From: a virus
Length of the DNA: 53,806 nt
Virus record (IMG/VR): IMGVR_UViG_3300045988_065514
Direction: 5' to 3' (one strand)
The notes under the pieces were generated by a model. The model saw nothing but the letters and a program-made list of their open reading frames with translations. It made no database searches and was not told the DNA's origin. Position 1 is the stretch's first letter, and every line of letters begins with the position of its first letter. Below, in pieces: positions 16,096 through 25,253 of the stretch. The position numbers and the translations under genes were made by a program.

Positions 16096-17253
16096 ATGGA
16101 AGCACCATTATTCGACATTGACATCCCTGGAATGCAGGCAACCGTCAACAAGTTCCAGCCAGGTACAGGTCTTGCATGGGCTACCCTCTTCCCATTGAAA
16201 TACACCCGAAAGTTCGATATTAAGGGCTTGGAGGGTGACGAGGGAATCCCTGTAGCTGCCGATCGTGTCGCATTCAACACCAAGGCTCCAAAGAAGACAC
16301 GCCAGAAGGTCGGCACATGGAGCGGTAAGCTCTCCAAGTATTCCGTGAGCCGAGACAAGGACGAAATCGAGATTAACGAATACCTCGATTCACAGACACT
16401 CGCAAACTCAGCAACCGAGAACCAGCAGGAAAAGCAGGAACTCGTTAACCTGGTTTACGATGACGTTTCATTCGTCCGCAAGGCGATGGACTACAAGGTA
16501 GAGCTTGACTGCATGCGCATCGCATCAAGCGGTGTACAGACCTTCCCAGAAAAGATTGAAGGCGACATGGCATCACAGGACATCATCGACTTCAACGTAC
16601 CGAAGGGCAACTTCATCGGTGTGAAGATTTCTGAGGTCAAGGCAGGAGCTGTCGTTAAAAAGAAGGGCTACGAGTGGAGCGATGAGGAGAACGCAGACGG
16701 ACTCCTCGACCTCGCCAACGCCCAGGACATGATAGCCAAGCAGGGACTCACCAAGCCACGCTACGCATTCATGGAGAAAGCGAAGTTCCAGCAGCTGGTA
16801 GCACAGAAGAAGACCGCAAAGCGTCTGTACCCACAGGTCAACGACCTGTCCATGATTACAGCGGACATGATCACGCTGGAGAAAATCAACGCATACAACG
16901 CAAGCCCGACACGAGGCTATCCGCAGATTATCGTCCTCGATACATACGTGAGCCTCGAACACAAGGACGGCAGCAAGGAGACCATCAAGCCATGGAACGT
17001 GAATGTGGTTACACTTTCACCAACCATCCAGCTCGGCTGGACTTATTACAAGAACGTCCCAATGGTACAGAACACCGCTGCCCTGCAGGTTTATGGCGGT
17101 TTCTTCAAGGTGACACGCTACAGCGAGGTCAACCCACAGACCGAGACCACCATGGCAGAGGCATACGTTCAGCCAGGACTCATCAACCGCAAGTCTCTCG
17201 TCTTCTTCAACACCGCCAACCAGACCTGGGCGAACGGAGAGGCGAGCGCATAA
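16096..17253 (+). CDS. Major capsid protein (385 aa)
   Basis: Size and position are typical of gpE/HK97-fold capsid genes. Preceded by aaaggagaaaag. Confidence 0.65.
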   Translation: MEAPLFDIDIPGMQATVNKFQPGTGLAWATLFPLKYTRKFDIKGLEGDEGIPVAADRVAFNTKAPKKTRQKVGTWSGKLSKYSVSRDKDEIEINEYLDSQTLANSATENQQEKQELVNLVYDDVSFVRKAMDYKVELDCMRIASSGVQTFPEKIEGDMASQDIIDFNVPKGNFIGVKISEVKAGAVVKKKGYEWSDEENADGLLDLANAQDMIAKQGLTKPRYAFMEKAKFQQLVAQKKTAKRLYPQVNDLSMITADMITLEKINAYNASPTRGYPQIIVLDTYVSLEHKDGSKETIKPWNVNVVTLSPTIQLGWTYYKNVPMVQNTAALQVYGGFFKVTRYSEVNPQTETTMAEAYVQPGLINRKSLVFFNTANQTWANGEASA

Positions 17254-17274
17254 CACGTTTTATAAACAAGCAGC

Positions 17275-17601
17275 ATGAAGACAAGCAACGCAATTAAAGC
17301 AATGAGCAACTACCCAATACCAGCAGCGACGATTGAGAATATCATCGATGAAGCTGGGCTGGATGCAGATGCAGACATCACCAGGGAGGTGCGAGCAAGC
17401 AACGAGTTCAAGAAGGCGAAAGCCCTCACATACGCCTTTCTTGCCGAAGCTCCGAACATCACCCAGGGAGGAATCAGCTACACATTCAACGAGGACGAAC
17501 GCTCACGCTTCGCAAAGAAATCGAACAGCCTGCTAGCAGAGCTGGGAGAGGACGAAGCAGGAACAGATATCCCATGCGGCTACATCGGGGAGGACTTCTG
17601 A
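17275..17601 (+). CDS. Hypothetical head-tail joining protein (108 aa)
   Basis: Position after the capsid gene. Confidence 0.4.
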   Translation: MKTSNAIKAMSNYPIPAATIENIIDEAGLDADADITREVRASNEFKKAKALTYAFLAEAPNITQGGISYTFNEDERSRFAKKSNSLLAELGEDEAGTDIPCGYIGEDF

Positions 17602-17918
17602 TGATTATACAGAACGGCTTTCTTTTTACTTACGATACCACTGGAGGGGGAATGCTTCACGGCATCCCCCAAAAGGTGGAAACCAAGCTGAGCGACAAGG
17701 GCATCCCTTGCAATATCGTAAAAAACAAGAGCGACCACCAAGGCACGTACCAGGACGGCAAGTTCAGACAATTTGCAGCCAAGGTATTAATCGAACCGCA
17801 GGACTTCACCGCCAAAAGAGTGAAGCTAACCGACAACCGATGCGTGGATCTCGGAGAGTTTGAAGTGCAGGACATCACCTACCTCGAAGCAGTAGAAGCA
17901 TTGCAGATCACCGTCTAG
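17601..17918 (+). CDS. Hypothetical head-tail joining protein (105 aa)
   Basis: TGATG stop/start overlap. MIIQNGFLFTYD... Confidence 0.4.
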   Translation: MIIQNGFLFTYDTTGGGMLHGIPQKVETKLSDKGIPCNIVKNKSDHQGTYQDGKFRQFAAKVLIEPQDFTAKRVKLTDNRCVDLGEFEVQDITYLEAVEALQITV

Positions 17919-17929
17919 AAGAGATTACC

Positions 17930-18388
17930 ATGCCAATAAAACCCAACTTCACGCAAGCAGACATCCGAGCAAGGATGAACGCCATGATAGAGAACAGGAA
18001 GCAAGCCATCATCGCCCAGCTTTTCTACATTGGGGAGGAATGCCTGACCCAAGCAAGGAGCGGACACAAGTACTTGAACCAGACAGGCAACCTTTGCAGC
18101 TCTATCGGCTACTGCGTCCTCGTGGATGGCGAAATAGTACACGAGGGAGAATGGAAAGCCGTGAATGGAGGCAAGGGCGACGGAACAGAGGGAAAGAAAC
18201 AAGGCGTAGCTTTTCTTCATGAACTTGCGGCAAAGCAGACAACACAAGGCATTGTTTTTCTGATGGTAGCAGGAATGCCATACGCCCAATACGTCGAAGC
18301 CATGAGCCTCGACGTTCTCGATACGAGCGAGCAGATGGCAGAACGCAAAATCAAGGCAATGCTTAACCGATTATTCAAAACGAAGTGA
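17930..18388 (+). CDS. Hypothetical head-tail joining protein (152 aa)
   Basis: Position only. Confidence 0.4.
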   Translation: MPIKPNFTQADIRARMNAMIENRKQAIIAQLFYIGEECLTQARSGHKYLNQTGNLCSSIGYCVLVDGEIVHEGEWKAVNGGKGDGTEGKKQGVAFLHELAAKQTTQGIVFLMVAGMPYAQYVEAMSLDVLDTSEQMAERKIKAMLNRLFKTK

Positions 18389-18390
18389 CA

Positions 18391-18807
18391 ATGGCAAGCA
18401 AAGGAACGACAACAATAGAAATGGACATGTACGCAGCCCTTGAAGAGCTGATGGGAAGTACGATAAGAGGAACATTCTACCCCAGCGAGCTGCGACCTAT
18501 CGAAGCCAAGACCGAAGACGCAGTCCTTACATGTTCAAATGCCACAGCAGGACAGATCCAGGAAGGCAGGGCTAGGCTCAACATATACGTCCCCGACATC
18601 AATAACGGAGGAGCGAGCCTGGTACCCGACAAAGCCAGACTGATGGAGCTGGAGGCAATCGACGAACAGGTGCTGCAGACCCTTAATGATTCCTGCACCG
18701 CCTACATCTTCGACAAGTTCCAGGCAACGGCTACCATTGCGGTACCAGAGAGGAACGAGCACTTCGTTAATATCGGGATTCATTTTAGATTAGCAACATT
18801 TTCATAA
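18391..18807 (+). CDS. Hypothetical tail completion-type protein (138 aa)
   Basis: First ATG (the track start 18385 is GTG). Position only. Confidence 0.4.
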   Translation: MASKGTTTIEMDMYAALEELMGSTIRGTFYPSELRPIEAKTEDAVLTCSNATAGQIQEGRARLNIYVPDINNGGASLVPDKARLMELEAIDEQVLQTLNDSCTAYIFDKFQATATIAVPERNEHFVNIGIHFRLATFS

Positions 18808-18824
18808 ACAAGGAGAACAAGCAC

Positions 18825-19382
18825 ATGGCAGATTCAAAGAAAATCATCATGGCATGGGGCAAGTGCAAGGTCGAGATTGGCGACACAGGAGAGAACGATG
18901 CATTCGCAACTACACTCTTCAACGTCGGCACCATCAAAGACCAGACAACGACCCTCACGTCCAACGATGGCGACCAGCTGCAGATGAAGGCAACAGGAGG
19001 CGAAGTCGTGGCGCAGGAAGACCTCGAAGGAACACTCGAGGTGGAGACTACCGTCATCGAGCCAACTGCGGAGCTTTACGAGAAGCTGGGCATTGCAGCC
19101 AAGGACGCTGATGGCGAACAGAAGGTCAAGACCCACATTGTGCCAGGCGACAAATCGATTAAGATTACCCCACACAACAAGGGAGCGAGAGGCATCAAGG
19201 CTCCGCTCTGCCGCATCAAGGTAGCACCAGCGATGGACGAGCAGAATGGTAACGCAATCAAGATCACCGCTTCAATCTTCAAGACAACAGGCGTACCAGA
19301 GACACCAGAATCGGGTGAAACCCCAGCTGTTGACAACAACTATTGGTACTCCCGTTTCACAACCAAAGAGGCTTTGAAATAA
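18825..19382 (+). CDS. Putative major tail protein (185 aa)
   Basis: Lies immediately upstream of the chaperone/tape-measure pair and is followed by a strong terminator hairpin. Confidence 0.5.
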   Translation: MADSKKIIMAWGKCKVEIGDTGENDAFATTLFNVGTIKDQTTTLTSNDGDQLQMKATGGEVVAQEDLEGTLEVETTVIEPTAELYEKLGIAAKDADGEQKVKTHIVPGDKSIKITPHNKGARGIKAPLCRIKVAPAMDEQNGNAIKITASIFKTTGVPETPESGETPAVDNNYWYSRFTTKEALK

Positions 19383-19399
19383 CCCATAATTTCATCCAA

Positions 19400-19445
19400 G
19401 AGCAGGAGGAAGCGACAGAGCCACCCTCCTGCTCTTTCACTTTTT
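19400..19445 (+). terminator. Intrinsic terminator after the major tail gene
   Basis: gagcaggagg / cctcctgctc form a 10-bp stem (19400-19434), followed by tttcacttttt. Confidence 0.55.
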
Positions 19446-19451
19446 AATCGC

Positions 19452-19985
19452 ATGGAAGAACAGAAAACATTAGAACAGCAGGTGGTCGATACCATCCTCC
19501 AGCGAAAGACAACCTCCCTGGAGATAGACGGACGCACCTACGAGATACCAGCACCGACACCAGCGACCATAATGCTGGTGAGCGAGGAAACCTCGAAGAT
19601 GCCGTTAATCAACAAAGAGACGAAGAGCATCTTCCTCGAGACACTCCGAACCGCCAGGAACTGCAAAGCCATCGGACGCATTGCCGCCATATTGGTGCTC
19701 GGAGCAAAGCGCATAAGAGAAAACCACCAGGTCGTGATTTCAGAGACGAAGAAATGGAGCTGGCGACGTTTCCGATTCACCAAGCACCAGGAGACCATGA
19801 GCGAGCTGGACTTTGTAGCCATGCGCATCATGGAGGACATCACGCCAGCAACGCTGAACGAGACCATCACCAAGCGACTCATGGAGATGCAGCTGGGCGA
19901 TTTTTTCGGGCTTACCACTTCCCTATCCGAAATAAACACGCTGGCGAGAACCAAGGAAGTGGAACAGACAGCCCCTGGTCAATAA
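19452..19985 (+). CDS. Tail assembly chaperone, gpG-like (177 aa)
   Basis: Position directly before the tape measure. Contains a slippery heptamer and an overlapping -1 frame ORF. Confidence 0.6.
   Translation: MEEQKTLEQQVVDTILQRKTTSLEIDGRTYEIPAPTPATIMLVSEETSKMPLINKETKSIFLETLRTARNCKAIGRIAAILVLGAKRIRENHQVVISETKKWSWRRFRFTKHQETMSELDFVAMRIMEDITPATLNETITKRLMEMQLGDFFGLTTSLSEINTLARTKEVEQTAPGQ
19901..19907 (+). other. Candidate -1 programmed frameshift site T TTT TTC
   Basis: X XXY YYZ heptamer in the zero frame of ORF 19452 (codons GAT TTT TTC). The -1 frame is open from here to 20191. Confidence 0.5.
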
Positions 19986-20191
19986 TCATCGGCTGGGCGA
20001 AGAACATAGGAGTCACACCAGAGGAGATCCTATACGATTACAGCTACGCCAACCTTTCGCTTTATTCAGCAGCGACACCGCAGTTTGATGATGAGCAACC
20101 ACCAAAATGGGATGCGAAACTCGACGCAAACAATCCCGATAATTTCACAGATGACGAAGACGAAGAGGAAGTCTTCGTAAAGGAGTATTAA
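19907..20191 (+). CDS. -1 frame extension giving a gpGT-like fusion chaperone
   Basis: The frame-2 ORF (track 19754-20191) ends 1 nt before the tape measure start. Acidic C-terminus DDEDEEEVFVKEY. Confidence 0.5.
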   Translation, partial: RAYHFPIRNKHAGENQGSGTDSPWSIIIGWAKNIGVTPEEILYDYSYANLSLYSAATPQFDDEQPPKWDAKLDANNPDNFTDDEDEEEVFVKEY

Positions 20192-20192
20192 A

Positions 20193-23100
20193 ATGGCAGA
20201 TTTCGACAACGGAAGAGAAGGATTCTCGATAGGCATAGACGATTCACAGCTCCAATCGGACGCTGAGAAGGTGGTGCAGCAATTCGACAACATCGGAAGG
20301 CGAGCCACACAAGCTGGACAGAAGATAGACTCAGCATTCAATGGGGTCAGCACAGAAGCCCTGCAGCAAGAGACGAAGGCAGCGGAAGATAAAATCCACG
20401 ACCTCGGCAACGCTACCAAGAGCGAGACCGAGAAGATGGACGCAAGCCTCAAAAAGATTGCTGCAGGAATCGGTGCGTACTTTTCAATCCAGCAGCTAAC
20501 CCAATTCGAGAGCAAGGTCATCAGCATACGAAGCGAGATGGAAAGCCTGCAGACCTCATTCAAGACCCTCGCAGGAGAGCAGATCGGTGGCGAGCTTTTC
20601 GAGCAGATCAAGGAATACGAACTCCACACCCCAATGATTATGCAAGACCTCGCATCAGGAGCGCAAACCATGCTCGCCTTCAATATTCCTGCCCAGGACG
20701 TTATGCAGCACTTGAAAGCCATTGGCGACATTTCCATGGGCGACAGCGAGAAGTTCAAGAGCCTCACCCTTGCCTTCTCCCAGATGAGCGCAACAGGCAA
20801 GCTCATGGGACAGGACTTATTGCAGATGATTAATGCAGGCTTCAACCCATTGCAGGTGATTAGCGAGCAGACAGGAAAGAGCATCGGACAGCTGAAGGAG
20901 GAAATGGAGAAAGGCGCAATCTCCACCAAGATGGTGCAAGATGCGTTCCACGCAGCAGCCAGCGAGGGAGGTCAGTTCAACGGAATGCTCGAAGCACAGA
21001 GCAAGACCTTGAAGGGAGCGATATCCAACCTTGAAGGAGCCTGGCAGTACATGCTCAACGACATAGGCGAAGCCCAGGAAGGAGTCATCGTAGGCAGCAT
21101 CGACATGGCACAGAAGATAATCGCCAACTACCAGCAGGTAGGACAGATTATAATGGGATTGATTACCACATACGGAATCTACAAGGCAGCGGTGGTTACA
21201 GCCATTGCAGCCGAGAAGCTCCACATCGAGACGCTGACCATTGCCAAGGTGCGAATTGCCGTCGTGGAGAAGGTACAAGCCGCCCTCAACGCAACGATGC
21301 TCGCCAACCCATACGTAGCAGCAGCCACCGCCCTCGGTGTATTGGTCGGTGTATTGGTAGCCTGCCACGACAGCACCACGGCAGAGGAGAAGGCGCAAGC
21401 CGCCCTCAACGAGACGATGGAAACAGCTAAACAGAAGGAGCAGGAATACAACGATGAGACAGACAGAGCCATCGAGCGAGCACTGCAGGACGAGGATGCA
21501 ACCCACGGACGCAAGAATGCGATGGATCTGCTTATTCGGAGATATCCAGCCATCATCAGGAAATACATGGACGAGGAAGGACACCTCCGCAACATATTAA
21601 AACTTAAACAAGAGATTGCAGCACAGGATGGACTCAACAGGGTGCGGAGACTTAAGACTGACAAGAATGACGCAGACAGAGCCGCACGAGCCTTCAAGCT
21701 GGAACAGCAAGCAAGAAACAAGGCTGTCAGCGCAGGAATGGGTGCCAGCCAATACCGGCAGTTCTTGACAGGCTCGCAGCAAGCCGAAGTGGACTGGGCG
21801 AATAAATGGTACAAACAAAAGACGAACCAACCATGGTACCGAGGAGCCACCATCGAGGAACAAATCAAGTTCTCGAAGGATTACAGCGTCGGAGCCAACA
21901 AGAACGTCGCCAGGGAGCTGACTTCGCAGAATGCGGACAAATTCGCTGCGACATTCAAGGACATGACGAAGCACCAGCTGCAGCAGGTCATTAACACGCT
22001 CACCAAAGGCAAGAGGACAGGCAAGACCGTCCGCTTCAACTTGAAGGGTCTCGGCAATTACGCATACAGCCAAAGCGATATCCTGTCCATGCTTACCAAG
22101 GCACAGGGAATCGCAGCAGCAAGAACCAGGTCGAAGACCACCTACAATAAATCAGATTGGGAGAAGCAGCAGAAGGAGGCACAAGCCAAGCTCGACCAGA
22201 TGGCAGACAGCCAGAAGGGAAGCAAAGAGTGGAACCAGCAGGTCTCACTCGTTAAGGAAGCGCAAGACCACATCGCCAGCAGAACAGTCTCCACACACCA
22301 ATCGAGAACCACGGCAGCGCATAAGCAGCAGACAGAAGCCGAGAAAACAGCCAAGGAGCAAGCCAAGGCTAACGAGAAGACGGCAGAGGAGACCTACAAA
22401 TACAGCCAGCAGCAGGAACAGCAGCAGAAAGCCAACCAGCTGCTCCAGGCGCAAGCCATCGTGGATGCCATGCAGGAGGGAGAGGCGAAGAAGCTCGCCC
22501 AGCTCGACCTCAACTACAAGAAAGAGAAAGAAGCCATCGACAAGGAGGAACAATCGCTCCTCCAGGCAAAGATAGACCATGCGAAGAACCTATGGGATGC
22601 AGATCCGAAGCATGAGAAGCAGGGCTTCTACGCAACAGGACAGCAGAAGGCTATCAAGCTAACCGATGAGGAAAAGGCTGGCATCACCGCCAAGAAACAA
22701 TCGCTGGACGCTACGACGACCCAGCAGAGGAGCGAGCTCATCAAGGCATTGCTCGACAAATATGATGACGAGAACGAGAAGGCAGAGAAGACACGCAAGG
22801 CTATCACGGACGACATCGCCCAGCTTACAAAGCTGAGAGATGAAGCCGAGAAGCTGGGACAGAATGACATCGCCAAGAACTACGAGCATAAGAGACAGCA
22901 GGCAGCGCAAGCCCTGGAGGAGAACATACAAAGCGTTTACCTCGAGGAGCTGAAAAAATCCATTGATTGGGATGCAGTATTCAACAACCTCGACCGACAG
23001 ACCACCGAACAGCTGAAGGCAACGAGAGACAAGCTCACCTCATACAAGAACAGCAAGGAATACCAGCAGGCAACACCAGAAAACAAGAAGGTGGTCTCCA

Positions 23101-24782
23101 CGGCAATAGACCAGCTCAACGATGCCATCATCAAGGGGAGCGGAATATTCGGCAACCTGGCGGAGAACTGCAAGGCATACGAGAAAGCCAGCGAGCAATA
23201 CACCACCGCCCTGCAGGAGCTGAACACCGCCCTATCGGAGTTTGACGACATCGAGGACAGCGACGCACCAGAAGAGGCGAAGGAGGCTGCACAGAAGAAG
23301 GTCGAGGCTGCACAGAAGAAGGCAGACGATGCGAAGAAAGACAAGGACACCAGCAAGGTGAACCGAGACAAGAGCTTCGATACCACCACGGACAACCTCA
23401 TCCAGCTATCGCAGGCAATAACCCAGCTGGGCAGCACCAGCGAGATGAGCCTTTCAGAACTTGGCAACGTCGCCAGCAATGTAGCAAACGTATTCGGAGA
23501 GGCAGGCTCGAAGATAGGAGGCATCATCGGTGCCATCCTTTCATTGCTTGATGCAATACAGAAGCAGGGACTCTTCAAGTTCGTAGGTAACGTTTTTCAA
23601 TCAGCATTCGGAGCGGTCGGTGGAGTTTTCCGAAGCCTTACAGGAAGCAAGCTATTCGGTACCGACACCAGCATCGAGGACACCATCAGCGACCTGACCC
23701 AATCCAACCAAGACCTGGAATCAGCCGTAACAAGGCTAACTGAGGTCATGAAAGACAAGGCAGGACAGGAAGCAACCGACACCTACCAGCGAGCAAAGAA
23801 GAACCTCGAAGATGCCACCGCCAACAAGCAGCAGATCCTGCGAGATACAGGTGGCGCATCCAGCAACGGATTCATCGGCATAGGAGGAAAACACTCTTCT
23901 AATAAACACATAAACGATTCAATGAGCTCCGCTGATTGGCAGCGAATCAGCCAAATCACAGGAGAGAACGTCCGCTCAGCCTCGGACTTCTGGAACCTTA
24001 CCAGCGAGCAGATGGCGAAGGTGGCAGATGAAGCGACAGACCTGTGGTCTAAGATTAAGAATGCCAGCAACGACGGCTACAAGAGCAACGCCAGCAACAT
24101 GGATGAGTACATCGAGTATTACAAGAAACTCATCGACTTGCAGAATGACTACAACGAGGCAGTGACGAACCTATCCTTCGACAACACCAGGGACGGATTG
24201 AAAGAGCTGCTGAGTGACACCACCAAGGGCGTGAAGGATGCAACCAAGAAGGTCAAGGAATACATGGAAGAAGCAGTTCTTACATACATCACAAAGACCA
24301 CCCTCGCCAAGGATTTGCAAGATTGGTACACGCAGTTTGCAAGCGCAATGGCAGACGGCAAGCTCGACCAAAGCGAAAAAACTGACCTCCAAAAGAAATA
24401 CGAGGAAGCATACCGTAAGGGAGAGCAGGCAAGAGACAACGCCTACGCTGCCGCAGGAATCGACCCAAAGGAAGACTACACGCAGAGCAGCAGCACCGCA
24501 ACTCTCAGCGGTGCTACGCAAGACCAGCAGGACGAGACAAACGGCAGACTTACCAGCATACAGAACAGCCTGTCCATTGTTGCAGATGCCGTCCAGCAGC
24601 AAGTGGAGAACAACGCCATCATCGCCAACAGCGCAGCCATTATCCGCAGCAACATGGACGACATGATGGAGATGCAGATCCAAGCCGTCGGGTACCTGGA
24701 GAAGATAGAGCGACACACCAGCGAGCTGCCATCGATGAACCAGAAGCTGGAGAAGATAAGAAAGAACACCGAAAAGTTATAA
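20193..24782 (+). CDS. Tape measure protein (1529 aa)
   Basis: Largest ORF. Long coiled-coil, Ala/Gln/Lys-rich sequence with hydrophobic segments. Position after the G/T chaperones. Confidence 0.9.
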   Translation: MADFDNGREGFSIGIDDSQLQSDAEKVVQQFDNIGRRATQAGQKIDSAFNGVSTEALQQETKAAEDKIHDLGNATKSETEKMDASLKKIAAGIGAYFSIQQLTQFESKVISIRSEMESLQTSFKTLAGEQIGGELFEQIKEYELHTPMIMQDLASGAQTMLAFNIPAQDVMQHLKAIGDISMGDSEKFKSLTLAFSQMSATGKLMGQDLLQMINAGFNPLQVISEQTGKSIGQLKEEMEKGAISTKMVQDAFHAAASEGGQFNGMLEAQSKTLKGAISNLEGAWQYMLNDIGEAQEGVIVGSIDMAQKIIANYQQVGQIIMGLITTYGIYKAAVVTAIAAEKLHIETLTIAKVRIAVVEKVQAALNATMLANPYVAAATALGVLVGVLVACHDSTTAEEKAQAALNETMETAKQKEQEYNDETDRAIERALQDEDATHGRKNAMDLLIRRYPAIIRKYMDEEGHLRNILKLKQEIAAQDGLNRVRRLKTDKNDADRAARAFKLEQQARNKAVSAGMGASQYRQFLTGSQQAEVDWANKWYKQKTNQPWYRGATIEEQIKFSKDYSVGANKNVARELTSQNADKFAATFKDMTKHQLQQVINTLTKGKRTGKTVRFNLKGLGNYAYSQSDILSMLTKAQGIAAARTRSKTTYNKSDWEKQQKEAQAKLDQMADSQKGSKEWNQQVSLVKEAQDHIASRTVSTHQSRTTAAHKQQTEAEKTAKEQAKANEKTAEETYKYSQQQEQQQKANQLLQAQAIVDAMQEGEAKKLAQLDLNYKKEKEAIDKEEQSLLQAKIDHAKNLWDADPKHEKQGFYATGQQKAIKLTDEEKAGITAKKQSLDATTTQQRSELIKALLDKYDDENEKAEKTRKAITDDIAQLTKLRDEAEKLGQNDIAKNYEHKRQQAAQALEENIQSVYLEELKKSIDWDAVFNNLDRQTTEQLKATRDKLTSYKNSKEYQQATPENKKVVSTAIDQLNDAIIKGSGIFGNLAENCKAYEKASEQYTTALQELNTALSEFDDIEDSDAPEEAKEAAQKKVEAAQKKADDAKKDKDTSKVNRDKSFDTTTDNLIQLSQAITQLGSTSEMSLSELGNVASNVANVFGEAGSKIGGIIGAILSLLDAIQKQGLFKFVGNVFQSAFGAVGGVFRSLTGSKLFGTDTSIEDTISDLTQSNQDLESAVTRLTEVMKDKAGQEATDTYQRAKKNLEDATANKQQILRDTGGASSNGFIGIGGKHSSNKHINDSMSSADWQRISQITGENVRSASDFWNLTSEQMAKVADEATDLWSKIKNASNDGYKSNASNMDEYIEYYKKLIDLQNDYNEAVTNLSFDNTRDGLKELLSDTTKGVKDATKKVKEYMEEAVLTYITKTTLAKDLQDWYTQFASAMADGKLDQSEKTDLQKKYEEAYRKGEQARDNAYAAAGIDPKEDYTQSSSTATLSGATQDQQDETNGRLTSIQNSLSIVADAVQQQVENNAIIANSAAIIRSNMDDMMEMQIQAVGYLEKIERHTSELPSMNQKLEKIRKNTEKL

Positions 24783-24794
24783 GGAGACAGAGGC

Positions 24795-25253
24795 ATGAAC
24801 AGACAAGGCGAACTTTTCATCAACGACATGGACGCATACGGCATGTGGGGCGTTTGCTTCAGCGACTCCTCCCTTTGCTCCCTGGTAGAGCCAGAGCCGC
24901 TGAAGGATGCGGTCAGCAACAAATCCTCCACAGAGGACGGAAAGCAGATACGCAAGGAGGCGAAGCCAAAGGTGGACGAACGTGATATCACACTATTCGT
25001 CCAGCTTTACGCAACCAGCAGGGACGACATGTTCAAGAAGCTCATCGCATTCAAGAAGGAATTGAAGAAGCGACGCATCAACATCAGAACCAAGTACGAG
25101 AAGGACGTGGTGTACAGGTGCGATTACAAGAGCTGCAAGCAGTTTAAATCATATTTCAAGGGAATGGCGACATTCATCCTCACGCTGAACGAGCCGAACC
25201 CAGCAAACAGAGGAACCAAAGATTCAGACGATTATGAAGGTACAGCTTTATAA
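24795..25253 (+). CDS. Possible distal tail protein (152 aa)
   Basis: Position immediately after the tape measure. Confidence 0.35.
   Translation: MNRQGELFINDMDAYGMWGVCFSDSSLCSLVEPEPLKDAVSNKSSTEDGKQIRKEAKPKVDERDITLFVQLYATSRDDMFKKLIAFKKELKKRRINIRTKYEKDVVYRCDYKSCKQFKSYFKGMATFILTLNEPNPANRGTKDSDDYEGTAL

Noticed and set aside
23283-23322. 19-nt direct repeat gaggctgcacagaagaagg with a 21-nt period.
   Set aside because: It lies inside the tape measure coiled coil, where it encodes EAAQKKVEAAQKKAD. It is an ordinary heptad-type duplication in a repetitive protein, not a regulatory element.
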